From contig OX597832.1 in assembly GCA_951406725.2 (NCBI GenBank), forward strand, positions 5,022,001 to 5,086,000: a stretch of 64,000 nucleotides of DNA, given 5' to 3'. A model generated the notes under the pieces. It saw nothing but the letters and a program-made list of their open reading frames with translations, was not told the origin of the DNA and made no database searches. Both the position numbers and the translations under genes were made by a program. Shown piece after piece: positions 25,218 through 37,499 of this stretch; position 1 is the first letter of the stretch, and the number at the start of each line of letters is the position of its first letter. The stretch comes from Octopus vulgaris (taxonomy: Eukaryota).

Positions 25218-25335
25218 GGTAGGCAAATTCCAGCATTTGGTTTATACATCTCGGTTCGTAGTCTTGAACACCCATATCTTTTAGAATAGCAGCCATTACT
25301 TGAGCATCGCGAGGAGTACTCTTTGGAACAGCCAT
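25218..25335 (-). CDS. TAF9: TAF9 (TFIID/SAGA subunit 9) coding exon 1
   Basis: ATG at 25335 encodes [39 protein letters not shown], the TAF9 histone-fold N-terminus (PRDA..M..ILKDMG...[12 protein letters not shown]). Ends at a phase-1 donor C|GTATGT. Confidence 0.96.
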
Positions 25336-25400
25336 CTTGGAAAGTGGAATTCTCGGCTGACGTCACAGGTAATGTGACCTGAAACAATAAGATTGGCGAT
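25328..25400 (-). promoter_or_regulatory. TAF9 core promoter motifs: CRE TGACGTCA (25358-25365), CCAAT box (about 25392-25396), YY1-like AAGATGGC over the ATG
   Basis: Motifs read directly, in a CpG-retaining region just upstream of the start codon. Confidence 0.5.
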
Positions 25401-25719
25401 TAACCACAGAATCTTAGGTTTTTTTTCCTTTTAATTGCCACCCTTAGAACTAAGATAATTCGAAAGCAAGTGTATAGCTATTCAACTTTAGATGCTTTTA
25501 TCTTTTACTTGTTTCAGTCATTAAGCAGCGGCCTTGAAGGGTTTAGTTGACTCCCCCCACCCACCCAGTACTTATTTTAATTTATTTTTAAAGCTTATTC
25601 TATCGGTTTCTTTTTGTCGAATCGCTACTGGAACGTAATCAAACCAACATCAATTGTCAAGCGAGGGCGTGGGTGACAAACACAAAGACACACGTACATT
25701 TATACACACACACACATGT

Positions 25720-27620
25720 AGTAATTATGGTCTGTCTATGGGGTTACCCAGGGTTTCATGTACATAAAGCGTTTGGCTTTACAGCGTCTCTTCTAACCCT
25801 AATGGCTGGTGGTAAATAACCAAAGTGGCGAGAGAAAAGACCTTGTGACTAGTTGTTGAACACACGGACAAAAAAGGGTTAAGTGTAAGGGATGTAGCAA
25901 TGGGGACCTATGACAGGGCTGATGTATGCGACCTCCTCTTACCTACTAATCGTGTTCAAAAAAACCTGGTGAAGGGTGTCAGCAAGAGAATCTCTAACTT
26001 TTCCTCTAGCCAAGAAATTTTCAATGCAGCACCTCCACTAATATAACAAAACCCTAGCTGCTAGTGGGTTAGAGGTCACATCTACATACTGGGCCCTAAC
26101 ACCCGCAGAATGAAGCACTGCCAAAATTTTATTTGGTTTGCTCTCCCCTTCTCCCTCAACATAAAATCATGTAGATAAGATATTCCTTAGGCTAGTAGAT
26201 AAGTATTTTACACAATCACATTGGTACAGATGCATATTCAACAGACATAACCTAAGAGTCTCTTTTAATTGTACCCTCAATATTAAGAGTATTTTTTTTT
26301 TGTTAACATCCTAAGACCACCAGCAGAGGTGGGATTTTCATGCAGGGACTACAGCAGATGCCCAGTGGGAAGCCAATGTGAAACCAAGGGGGTTATTTAC
26401 AGGGTTGAGGTGGTATCTGCAGCTTTCCCAATTACTACTACAGTGGCAGGAATGGCAATGGCAGCAACTCTAACAGAAGCAGTAGCAGCACCATTGCTAA
26501 TGATAAAGCTAATAATGATAACAATAATCAATAACAACAGCCACCATGGAAGCACAATGGCCCAGTGGTTAGGGCAGCAGACTTGCAGTCATAAGAATGT
26601 GATTTCTGTGAGTGTTTATTGAGCAAAAACACCTAAGTTCCATGAGGCTCCGACGAGGTGGTGGGGTGAACCCCACTGTACTCTTTCACCACAACTTTCT
26701 CTCACTCTTTCTTCCTACTTCTGTCACAAAGCAGAGGAACCATGGTGTAACCCACTATGATGTGGTAAACTTTCAGACCCTAGTCTAGATTGAGAATCCT
26801 CTGTAACCCAGGATGGTTCAGCTCTCCACCCGTTAAAAGCCACCATTTACGGAATGAGGATAACAACGTAGCTTTCGCACTTGTGCAACCATCAGTCTAT
26901 CGCACGTGGTGGGTGGATCTTCAAGTTTCCACACTCATTCTTAGTAGCTTAGAGTAGGCTCTAATTAGAGATTATTCTTTGTGGCTAATGGCATGAGTCC
27001 TGATTCGAGGAAGAAGAACAACAGCCACCACCAATATAGTGCCGATAACAGCAACAATGATGGCTATAGGAGCACAAACATCAACACCACCACTGATGAT
27101 GTCTCCTACACCAGCAGTAATGGCACTAACACCAACACCAATAACACCAGCAACAGCGGAAGTAGCAGCATCAATATTAACAGAAAAACAGCATCGCCAG
27201 CAGCAATAGATGATACATCAAATGTTCTGGAAACACCTTCAAGCAGTGCCTCTCCAACCACAGATCCTCTTTTAGGATCCTGGAGAGATGATATGCCACA
27301 TCTTTCGCTAGCCATGTGTGATGCCTGAAGCATTAAGGGACTCTTCACATAAACTCATTGGAAGATCCTAGAAAAACCAGACCCCTACATCAACGGGAGC
27401 AAGCACTGCAAGTTGTGCATAGCTGAACAGGCAAGAATATTAAAGAACTCCCTCAACTCAAAGAACATCTTACACTTCAGGAGATTCGTACTGAAGTCCT
27501 GGAACCCACAAACTGACCGGGTCATTTAGGGATAGTGGTCTAAGGGAGACAATCCTTGCATTTAACCCTTCTTCTTTGTCCGTGTGTTCAACAACTAGCT
27601 ACGAGGTCTTTTCCCTTTCC
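25720..27620 (+). mobile_element. Penelope-like element relic with inverted terminal pLTR segments
   Basis: Fragments VSKRISNFSSSQEIFNAAP, FIWFALPFSLNIK, CPVGSQCETKGVIYRVEV, WKILEKPDPYINGSKHCKLCIAEQ (GIY-YIG); 25830-25900 mirrors 27540-27620; degenerate hammerhead on minus at 25741-25800 (gggt-TAGAAGA...GAAA-ccctg-GTA-accc). Confidence 0.7.
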
Positions 27621-27639
27621 ATTTTGAAGAGAGGTTATA

Positions 27640-28345
27640 GGCCAATGGCAGAGTATATCTATTGAATTTAGCCAACACTATCGAGGGTGAATGTTCTGAA
27701 AGTGTAGCTGCAAGAATTAGAATAGCCTGGACAAAGTTCAGTGAGCCCCTACCTCTGCTAATGACAAAGGGCCTCTCGCTCAGAGTAAAAGGTAGACTAT
27801 ATGACGCATGTGTGCGAACAGCTATGCTACATGGCAGTGAAACATGGGCTGTGACTACTGAGGACATGTGTAAGCTTGCAAGGAATGAAGCCAGTGTGCT
27901 CCACTGGATGTGCATATACGACAGTGTAAGCGCTCTGAGAGAAAAGTTGGACATAAGAAGCATCAGATGTGGTGTACAAGAGAGACGACTGCGCTGGTAT
28001 GGTTGTGTTGCGAATGGATGAGGACAGCTGTGTGAAAATATGTCACACTCTAGTAGTCAAGGGAACTGTAGAAAAGGTAGACCCAGGAAGATCTGGAATG
28101 AGGTGGTGTAGCACAACCTTCGAACATTGGGCCTCACCAAAGCAATGACTAGTGACCGAGACCTTTTGAGATATGCTGTGCTTGAGAAGACCCAGCAAAC
28201 CAAGTGAGACCATAAACCATGGCCTATGGGATGAGGTAGTGAAGCACAATCTTCGAACATTGGGCCTCACCGAGGCAATGACAAGTGACCGAGACCTTTC
28301 GAGATATGCTGTGCTTGAGAAGACCCGGCAAACCAAGTAAGATCA
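27640..28345 (+). mobile_element. RTE-clade LINE 3' fragment with tandemly duplicated end
   Basis: SVAARIRIAWTKF...KGRLYDACVRTAMLHGSETWAV...RRLRWYG; 28228-28340 repeats 28095-28205. Confidence 0.85.
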
Positions 28346-28559
28346 TAACTGTGGCCTATACCAATGCAGCATATCCAGCCCGTTTAAGAGTACCATTCAA
28401 TCATTGGGCAATAAACTGCACTTGCAAAGACCTGTTGAGGCAAGAGAAATCATTGTCATGGCTGATGACAGTACTGCCTGATTGGCACCCGTATCAGTAG
28501 CATGGTAAAAACCCCATTTGAGCATGATCGCTGCCAGTGCTGCCTGACTGGATCCTGTG

Positions 28560-29690
28560 CTGGTGGCATTGGACACAACAACAATTTCACTTGACTCGAC
28601 AGGTCTTCTCAAGCATAGTTTATTGCCCAATGGGCCAGTTATGCAACACTGGTTATGGTCTCACCTGGCTTGCACAGCATATCTCCCAGTCACTTGTCAT
28701 TGCCTTGGTGAAGCCCAATGCTTCACTACCTCATCCCAGGTCTTCCTAGGTCTACCTCTTCCATAGGTTCCCTCGACTGTTAGGGTGTGATAGTTTTTCA
28801 CACAGTTGTCCTCATCCATACGCAATACATGACCATACCAGCGCATTCATCTCTCTTGCACACCACATCTAATGCTTATGCAACTTTTCTCTCAGGATGC
28901 TTACACTCTGTCATGTATGTACACTGATATTACACATCCAGTGGAGCATACTGGCTTCATTTCTTGCAAGCTTACGTATGACCTCAGCAGTCCATGTTTC
29001 ACTGCCATGTAGCGTGGCTGTTTGCACACATGCGCCATACAGTCTACCTTTTGCTGAGTGAGAGGCTCTTTGTAACCAGCAGAGGTAGGAGCTCTCTGAA
29101 CTTTATTCAGGCTAGTCTTATTCTAGCAGCTATGCTCTCAGAGCATCTACCCCTGCTACTAACTTGGTCCCCAGGTAGCGGAAGCTATCAACTACTTCTA
29201 GTTTTTCTCCCTGGCATGTGACGGAAGCTGTTTTCTGCATGTTTTCAGTGTTTATTGCCCCTGTACATTTGCCACACACAAAAACTATCTTCCCAGTACA
29301 TCTGCCTTCCTACTTACTTTGGTTTTTGCTAGATTGACTCTAAGGCCCTTTGATTCTAGACCTTGCTTCCACACTTGAAACTTCTCTAGTTCTGATAGTG
29401 ACTCAATTATTAGAGCAAGGTCATCAGCACAGAGAAGTTCCCAGGCGCAACCTGTCTTGAATTTCTCTGTTATTGCTTATAGAAGACTATGATGAATATG
29501 AGGGAACTGAGGACTGATCCTTGGTGGACCCCTACCCCTACCTGGTATTTTTCACTATACTTGTTGCCAATCCTTGTACAGCTCCCACTAACCATTCATC
29601 TATCCCTAGTTTCCGCATTGACCACCAAATAAGGGATCGGGGGGACCCTGTCAAAGGTTTTCTCCATGTCAACAAAGTCAAGTACAAAGG
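28560..29690 (-). mobile_element. RTE-clade LINE fragment (RT core to 3' end), inverted relative to the previous copy
   Basis: Minus frames FVDMEKTFDRVPRSLIWWSMRKLG, GVHQGSVLS, WELLCADDLALI (YADD decayed). Confidence 0.85.
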
Positions 29691-30755
29691 TTTATCTTAA
29701 CACTTGCCTTGTCAAAATCTCAAGGCTACAAGATAACATAATTAATTTTAAAAAATGTGAATAAACATTAATTTTGATAGAAAAATATGAATGCTAAAGG
29801 GTTAAAGCAGAGATGTTTATTGTGTTGCGTTAAAATATTTTTGATGCATAATTGAACTTGGTGAAACAGCTCATTATTCAGTGGTAACAATGCAGTTAGT
29901 ATATTGAATGAAAGAGCATTTGATAATAAAGGTTTATGTAAGTTTGTTTATATGTTCCTTGAAGTTTTGTGTAAAAAGTAATCTTACACATGATAATCAT
30001 TGGTGGTTGGAATGGGAAAGAGATTATAAACCTGAGTTTGTTTAATATGAAGAATTATTAATTGCTCAGTCTTTTAAGAATTTCAGCCTCTTTTAGAGAC
30101 ACAGTGACAAGAAACATTGTGTAGACCAACTGTAAAATGTGTGATTAAGTTCTGTTGAGCTGAATGTCTGGTTTTCAATCTGCCATACATAGAAGCTGAT
30201 AAATTTGGAACCTAGAAAAAAACCCTTAACCACTCTTTCTTTACAGAAATATGTGTTTGCATTACATCTCATTTTACTCAGTTTCATGCTTGAAATTTAT
30301 ATTTTCTCTGAATATCAAACTGCAAAAAATGATTCTGATTTTTAAACAACACCAAAATATAAATGAAATGGATAACATTTTCCAAAAGCAGTGGCAAAAT
30401 AAGTGGAGCGAAATAATTCTAATCTCAAATAATTTACGCTTCTTAAAGCTGTGGACAAGATATAGCCGTCATATTCCCTATCCCATTAAATTCCAAGCTA
30501 TATCCCAAGTTGAGAATGAAATATTAAATATTAATGATAGCTATGATACTGTCACCAATTCACAATTCATAGCTTTTATTATAACTAGTATGTTTCCAAT
30601 TGATTTATATCGATTGATTGGATAGCCGTGTTAAATTTCGTTGGGTTCAATCAGTTCTTTTTCTACGGAGCAAGTTTCACTGTAAAGAAACAGCCTCAGT
30701 TTCCGCTTCCAGCATGCTTTGCGCTGTTTATCTTAAGTAGCCGGCCAGAGGGACC

Positions 30756-30877
30756 ATGGCGAATGTTGAAGATGTGGAGTCTAAAAGCGGCAGCGGAGAA
30801 AATGATGAAAAACAATTAGGAGAAGAAATTAAAGTGAAAATAATTTGTATCGGAGATAGTGCAGTAGGAAAATCCAA
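30756..30877 (+). CDS. RABL2: RABL2 (Rab-like protein 2) coding exon 1
   Basis: ACCATGG Kozak; MANVEDVESKSGSGENDEKQLGEEIKVKIICIGDSAVGKS with the RABL2-type P-loop VKIICxGDSAVGKSK; AA|GTACGT donor. Confidence 0.93.
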
Positions 30878-31078
30878 GTACGTAATTTTAAAATATTTTA
30901 ATTTTAAAATTTTATTCGTAATAAAGTTTAACATTTATTTATTTTGGCAAATGTAAGCATTATTTTTATTTACGTAATTATTATATTTATTGTTTATGAT
31001 AAAAGTTATGCTTCTTTCTTTCCTTTTTGTTATCAAGAGGAATAGTGTATCATTAATAATCAATAAAGCGACGTGCTT

Positions 31079-31092
31079 GTTTCCATGACAAC
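31079..31092. promoter_or_regulatory. RFX X-box GTTTCCATGACAAC in RABL2 intron 1
   Basis: Perfect fit to GTHNYY-AT-RRNAAC, about 200 bp downstream of exon 1 of a ciliary gene, in CpG-retaining sequence. Confidence 0.6.
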
Positions 31093-31461
31093 ATCAAGCT
31101 TTTCTTCCGCGATACATCGCTTCTAAAATGGAGTCTTAGCTACACTAGTTATCTTCAGTCAAACTATATACATACTTTTACTATCGTTTCATATAATTTC
31201 ACTGCTTCTGTTGCTATTCTATACGATAAAATTATAATTTCTGTTGCACATTTTATAATATATGACAATGATGACGATGATTTTTTTAGAAATTGGTTAT
31301 GTAAACAATAAGTGCTTACTGCACGAAAACGTTGACACTTGTTTGTTTTATAGATTTTGGTTAACGAACTATTGTCAGAATAAGAAATGAAATGATCTGT
31401 CTGTCTCTCTATTATCCACACATATACTTTCATGTAGTCATATATACAGGCAGACCAACAA

Positions 31462-32626
31462 ATGGCGATCTTTCGTTTGTAGTAGCACGTTTCCGTCGAT
31501 GATTTCCGTAAAAAACTTTTATTTTTTTACATATGGGCTTGCGGGAACATTTGAAGTAATGAGAGCGAAAGAGACTAAGAGGAAGCGATTTTATGACGAG
31601 GGAATTTCTTTTGAAGTTACCGAAGCATTGATGTACATGTGTGTGTGTGTGTGTGTTTGATGGGGTGTGGGAGACAGACAGTATGTTGTGTAAGTGAAGT
31701 GCTTCTGTTAGTGTGTGTGAAAGAGAGAGATAACTGAAATTTTTTACTCGGTGTATGTGTATATGTATGTATGCATGTATGTGTGTGTATGTATCTATGT
31801 ATGTGTGTGTGTATGTATGTGTGTATGTATCTATGTATGTGTGTGTGTATGTATGTATGTATGGCTGATTCAGTAATTTTTTACTCGGTGTATGTGTATA
31901 TGTATGTCTGCATGTATGTGTGTGTGTGTATGTATCTATGTATTGTGTATGTGTGTGTGTATGTATGTATGTATGGCCGATTCAGTGTAATTTTTTACTC
32001 GGTGTATGTGTATATGTATGTCTGCATGTATGTGTGTGTGTGTATGTATCTATGTATGTGTGTGTGTGTAAGTATGTGTGTGTGTGTATGTATGTATGTA
32101 TGTATGGCCAATTCAGTGTACACTGAATCGGCCATACATATATACATACACACATACTTACACACACATACATTCAGACATACATATACACATACACCGA
32201 GTAAAAAATTACACTGAATCGGCCATACATACATACATACACACACACATACATAGATACATACACACACACACATACATGCATACATACATATACACAT
32301 ACACCGAGTAAAAAATTTCAGTTATCTCTCTCTTTCACACATTACTCTCTCTGTCTCTTCACACACACTAACAGAAGCACTTCACTTACACAACATACTG
32401 TCTGTCTCCCACACTCCATCAAACACACACACACACGCGCACACACACACACACATGTACATCAATGCTTCGGTAACTTCAAAAGAAATTCCCTCGTCAT
32501 AAAATTGCTTCCTCTTAGTCTCTTTCGCTCTCATTACTTAAAATGTTCCCGCAAGCCCATATGTAAAAAAATAAAAGTTTTTTACGGAAATCATCGACGG
32601 AAACGTGCTACTACAAATGAAAGATC

Positions 32627-32631
<5 letters not shown>
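31462..32631. repeat. 1.17-kb spacerless palindrome (foldback) in RABL2 intron 1
   Basis: Centre ATTCAGTGTACACTGAAT (32111-32128). Outer about 280-bp arms are nearly identical (ATGGCGATCTTTC... / ...GAAAGATCGCCAT). Inner microsatellite-containing unit occurs 3x left and 2x right. Confidence 0.92.
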
Positions 32632-32685
<54 letters not shown>

Positions 32686-33141
32686 TTCATTTTTGCAATT
32701 GGTTGGCAAGATTCTTAATGTGAATTTGTGTGTTGAAACAAATTTTGTTGAATCTTAAGACACAACACTATATATAGAAAGAGAGGGAGAGAGAAAGAAA
32801 GAGAAAGGAAGGAGGGAGAGAAAGAGACATGTCTGATGTGTATGATGTAGCTATACATCGTTATCGTTTTAGCATCCACTTTTCCATGCTTACATAGAAT
32901 TTGTTGAGGCGGTTTTACAATGGCCAGTTGCTCTTATTGTCCCTTGTCGTCACCCAGGTTTCTCACAGAAGATTGGAAACGAATAACATTGCCTGCATGA
33001 CGAAGACATTCATTTACAACTATCATGTGATGTCAAAGCAAGGAGACAGTAAAACACTTACATGCATGCATACATACATATTCACCAAGTATACATACAC
33101 ACACACGCACTCAAGTACATATATACATATATGTATATATG

Positions 33142-33370
33142 AGTTACAACTATGATGTTGTTGGTAAAACATGTTCCTTGTCTATCTCCTTATCCTCTTG
33201 GAGATTTTGGGTAAAATTATACTAATGTGTCCTTATTTAATTAAATTCTATATCGTTGTGCAGCTGAAGATTGCTCTACATTTTAAATTGATGTAATGAA
33301 ATAATTGCATTGCTCAATTAAATGGAGTTGTATGAAACGATCATACTGCATTACTTCTGGATATCCTTGT
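33142..33370 (+). mobile_element. About 230-bp pLTR-like repeat with hammerhead-like motif (33259-33350); second copy at 57758-57987
   Basis: tgcag-CTGAAGA-ttgc...GAAA-cgatc-ATA-ctgca; perfect stem I and intact core boxes, stem III mismatch. Confidence 0.55.
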
Positions 33371-33616
33371 ATATATATGTATGTATTTTTATATTTATAT
33401 ATATATATACACATATACACTCATGCACAAGTGTTTATATACATATAAATATATACACATATATAATATTAAGCATGTTTTAAAATGTATGGGCTATTTA
33501 GGAAGTGCTCACAGAAAGCCAGTGTGAAAAAATACAGTGTAGAGAAAATTGAAAACACAAATCATAGGCAAACAGATTCCTGAACACAAATGGAAATATT
33601 GAATTAAAGTAGTTGA

Positions 33617-34848
33617 ATCATCATCATCATCATCATTTAGCGTCCGCTTTCCATGCTAGCATGGGTTGGACGGTTCAACTGGGGTCTGTGAAGCCGGAAG
33701 GCTGCATCAGGCCAAGTCTGATCTGGCAGTGTTTCTATGGCTGGATGCCCTTCCTAACGCCAACCACTCCATGAGTGTAGTGGGTGCTTTTTACGTGCCA
33801 CCTGCACAGGTGCCAGACGGAGCTGGAAAACGGCCACGAACGGATGGTGCTTTTACGTGCCACCGGCACGGAGGCTAGATGGGGCGGCGCCGGCAACGGC
33901 CACGATCGGATGGTTCGCTTAACCACAGCTGCAATTTTCACTGATGTTGATCGACCTCAATTTTGGTTCTGCTTTCTGATATCTGATTTGATTTGGTTTG
34001 ATTTTGATTTCGATTTTGACTGTTGTCACTGGTCTTGCCGGGTCTTCTCACACACAGCATACTTCCATAGGTCTCGGTCTCTAGTCATTTCCTTGGTGAG
34101 ACCTAAAGTTCGAAGGTCGTGCTTCACCACCTCGTCCCAGGTTTTCCTGGGTCTACCTCTTCCACAGGTCCCCTCAACTGCCAGAGTGTGGCGCTTTCGC
34201 ACACAACTATCTTCAGCCATTCTCGTCACATGACCATACCAGCGCAAACGTCTCTTGCACACAACTGATGCTTCTTAGGTCCAACTTTTCTCTCAAGGTA
34301 CTTACACTCTGTCGATTATGAACACTGACATTACACATCCATCGGAGCATACTAGCTTCATTTCTTGCGAGCTTACGCAAATCCTCAGCAGTCACAGCCC
34401 AAGTTTCACTACCATGTAGCATGGCTGTATGTACACATGCATCATACAGTCTGCCTTTTACTTTGAGCGAGAGGCCTTTTGTCACCAGCAGGGGTAAGAG
34501 CTCTCTAAACTTTGCCCAGGCTATTCTTACTCTAGCAGTTACACTTTCAGCACACCTGCCCCCGCTACTGACTTGGTCACCTAGGTAGCGGAAGCTATCA
34601 ACTACTTCTAGTTTTTCTCCCTGGAACGTGGTAGAAGTTGGTCTCTGCATATTTTCAGAGTTTATTGCTCCTGAGCATCTGCCACAGATAAAAACTATTT
34701 TCCTAGTTAGTCTTCCTTTGACATTACTACATCTCTTATGTGTCCATAGCTTACATTTGGTGCATCTTTTAGAGTTTCTACCTACGCCTTTTTTACAGAT
34801 CGAGCAGGGCCATCTACCTGAAGGCGTTTGTGATTGGTCTACCAACAT
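33617..34848 (-). mobile_element. Young 5'-truncated RTE LINE with 3'UTR and (GAT)n tail
   Basis: ORFs 34213-34848 (PHD-like Cys cluster, VVDSFRYLG, AWAKFRELLPLL, HGSETW) and 34026-34262 (RRLRWYGHV, GRGRPRKTW). The 3'UTR core GGATGCCCTTCCTAAC recurs as short fragments at about 457-805, 36370-36540, 44410-44585 and 60395-60840. Confidence 0.92.
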
Positions 34849-34849
34849 A

Positions 34850-36180
34850 AATCATGCATATATAGGTGTAAGGATTCACCAATTGTAAAACCAAACATAC
34901 ATAGAAATATAGAAGAAATATAAAAATATTTAAAAATACATATAAAATTACATATAAATAAACTTTACATGTAAGAAGTTATGCGTGATTAATAATAGGA
35001 GGTGCAAAATGAATGAGAGGTTGATAAATATAGGAATAAAAACGTCAACCTTTAAATGGCAAACCGCCTAAATCATCTAAAAAATCACTTATACATATAG
35101 AATATAAGATAGAAATAATGTTAGATATCAAAGTTAAGAAAAACATAATAAAATAGGATCCAAAAATAGGAGAGTGTTCCATCTATGGTTGTTTCAAGGG
35201 TACATTACCAGTCATGGTTAAAAATTAAATATTCCAGTTATGCAGGATGATGACCTCCTTGGTAAATTTCATCGTACTAATAGTCTAGCAGCATCAAAAA
35301 TTCCTAATAAAATATTTTACATCTTGTATGCAAATGATCCCATGTTTGCTATGCGCGAAAGAATCCAAATACTGGTGAATTGCAATTATATCTACAAACA
35401 TTATTCTAATTCAATTCCCCTTTTAGACCTAATTTTATTGGTGTTTAGAAATGTAGAGGGAAATTTATGGCTATAGGAAGAGATCGCATCTGAAAACTTA
35501 TTTAACCCTTTAGTGTTCAGATTATTCCATCAAACATAATGCCTATTGATTCCCATTGATTTGAATTAATCATGCATTATCTCATATCTTATTACACCAT
35601 CTTGATTACACCATCAAGATCTTGATGGTGTAATTACTTAATGTAGAATAACATTGTAGGGTAGGTGTGAGAGCCTGGATCTGGTCAGTTTGAACATAAA
35701 ACAGATTAACTATTTTGGCCGGATATGGCCGGTTTAAATACTAAAGGGTTAAACATATTAGTGTTATATAATTTAAGTGTTAGATATGATTCCCTTACAC
35801 ACAATGTACACCTATCAGAACCATTACCGTATGGGGGAACCCTCACAATTATGGACCATGTCAGGTCATAAGGCAAGTTACTATCCCTAAATTTATTTAT
35901 ATATGCCGCTAAGGTAGTGGAATTCTTATACTAAGGGTTTGAAAAGGAATTCAGATGGGCCCTATATCTTCTTTTGAATTCTATTGTACTACCTATATAT
36001 ATCTTGTTTTGTCTATTGGCTATGTTAACTATACATTTATACACAACATTGTATCGAAGACATGATCCTGCAAGCGAACAGGGTTTGGGGGTTCTGAAGT
36101 TACAAATTTTATTCAGTGGCAACCTACTATTAATGTTCTTATTTATATTGACAGCATTATTAATATCATTAGATTGGGAT
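34850..36180 (-). mobile_element. Penelope-like element 3' fragment (GIY-YIG) with nested piggyBac-type MITE at 35502-35752
   Basis: CSLAGSCLRYNVVYKC...KIYIGSTIEFKRRYRAHLNSF...WSIIVRVPPYGNGSDRCTLC; MITE bounded by TTAA-CCCTTTAG / CTAAAGGG-TTAA. Confidence 0.8.
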
Positions 36181-37112
36181 ATGGCTTCATTTCGTTTAAG
36201 CCTTCATATATCCTCAGTAGTCACTGCCCATATCTCACTGTCATGTAGCATAGCTATTTGTACATGGGCATCATACAATCTGCCTTTCACTCTGAGCGAG
36301 AGGCCCTTCTTTACTAACAGAGGTAACAGCTCTCTGAATTTTGCCTAGACTATTCTTATTCTAGCAGCTATACGTCTGTTGTCCATGCTGACATGGGTTG
36401 GATGGTTTGACCAGAGCTGGCAAGCTGGGGAGCTGCACCAAACTCCAGTCTAATTTGGCATGGTTTCTTCAACTGGATGCCTTTCCTAATGCCAACCACT
36501 TTACAGAGTATGCTGGGTGCTTTTACATGGCACCACATGGGTATCACCATAAGTGCTTTACACCACCAGAAGGATCAGTCTTAACACTTCTGCTGTGGAG
36601 TATGGGTCTTCTAAGTATTGAAAGGTGCCAGGTATTTCGGTCCTTTGTTATCTTACCTGAAAGGTTCAGCTTCCTGAGCTCATTCTTCAGTACTTCATCC
36701 CATGTCTTCCTGGGTCTCCCACCTCCATGTATTCCATCCACTTTAGAGATCAGCTTTTCTTTATCGCACTGTATGTGTGAATATCATTATCCTCATTTTT
36801 ACATCTTCTTTTCATGTTGCTATGTATTGGATGTTTCAATAGGATCTAACAGGTCAGAGAACCATGTTTTACTCCAGTGCATCAGTTTTTGCATGGCTTA
36901 ATGCCACCCACTTAACAGCTTTGTGCTGGGTACTGTTTTCCATAGCTTCAGCAGTAGTGAAACCATGTAACTTTCAGGAGTACTCAACCAAGAGGGAGAA
37001 TGGTAGGGCAGTTGCTTTATGTAGAGTGTTGAGAGATTAAAGTATATGGGAAGAATAGGGACAGATTTGTTGTGGGTATAATTCATGGACACCCAGTAAC
37101 ATTAGTATATTT

Positions 37113-37157
<45 letters not shown>

Positions 37158-37200
37158 GTGCATGTATAAACATGCACAACAACACATGCATGCATATACA

Positions 37201-37237
<37 letters not shown>

Positions 37238-37285
37238 TTTATTTAAAAGCAGCAGCTTTTAAATAAAGCATATTACTCTACCTCT

Positions 37286-37330
<45 letters not shown>

Positions 37331-37432
37331 TAGAAAAAGCTACCTTTTATCAATTCAATAATGAAAAATTAAATTTGATTTAGTATTTCTAAATTGAATT
37401 TTTCCTTGTAAGTTTGGAATAATATTCCCATA

Positions 37433-37483
<51 letters not shown>

Positions 37484-37499
37484 TATATATACATACATG

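Noticed and set aside
11412-25335. AK6/CINAP reading frame sharing the TAF9 locus, as in human
   Set aside because: No adenylate-kinase P-loop (GTPGxGK) exon was found on the minus strand in this window.
26981-27348. S/N/T-rich 115-aa ORF and its antisense ORF
   Set aside because: Degenerate trinucleotide repeats inside the Penelope relic.
31593-31635. Hammerhead-like ATGACGA-hairpin-GAAG...GTA in the palindrome arm
   Set aside because: Two uncompensated core changes and no stem I.
31741-32316. CRISPR-like repeat-spacer array
   Set aside because: The 'spacers' are microsatellites and the units are inverted around a centre; eukaryotic context with no cas genes.
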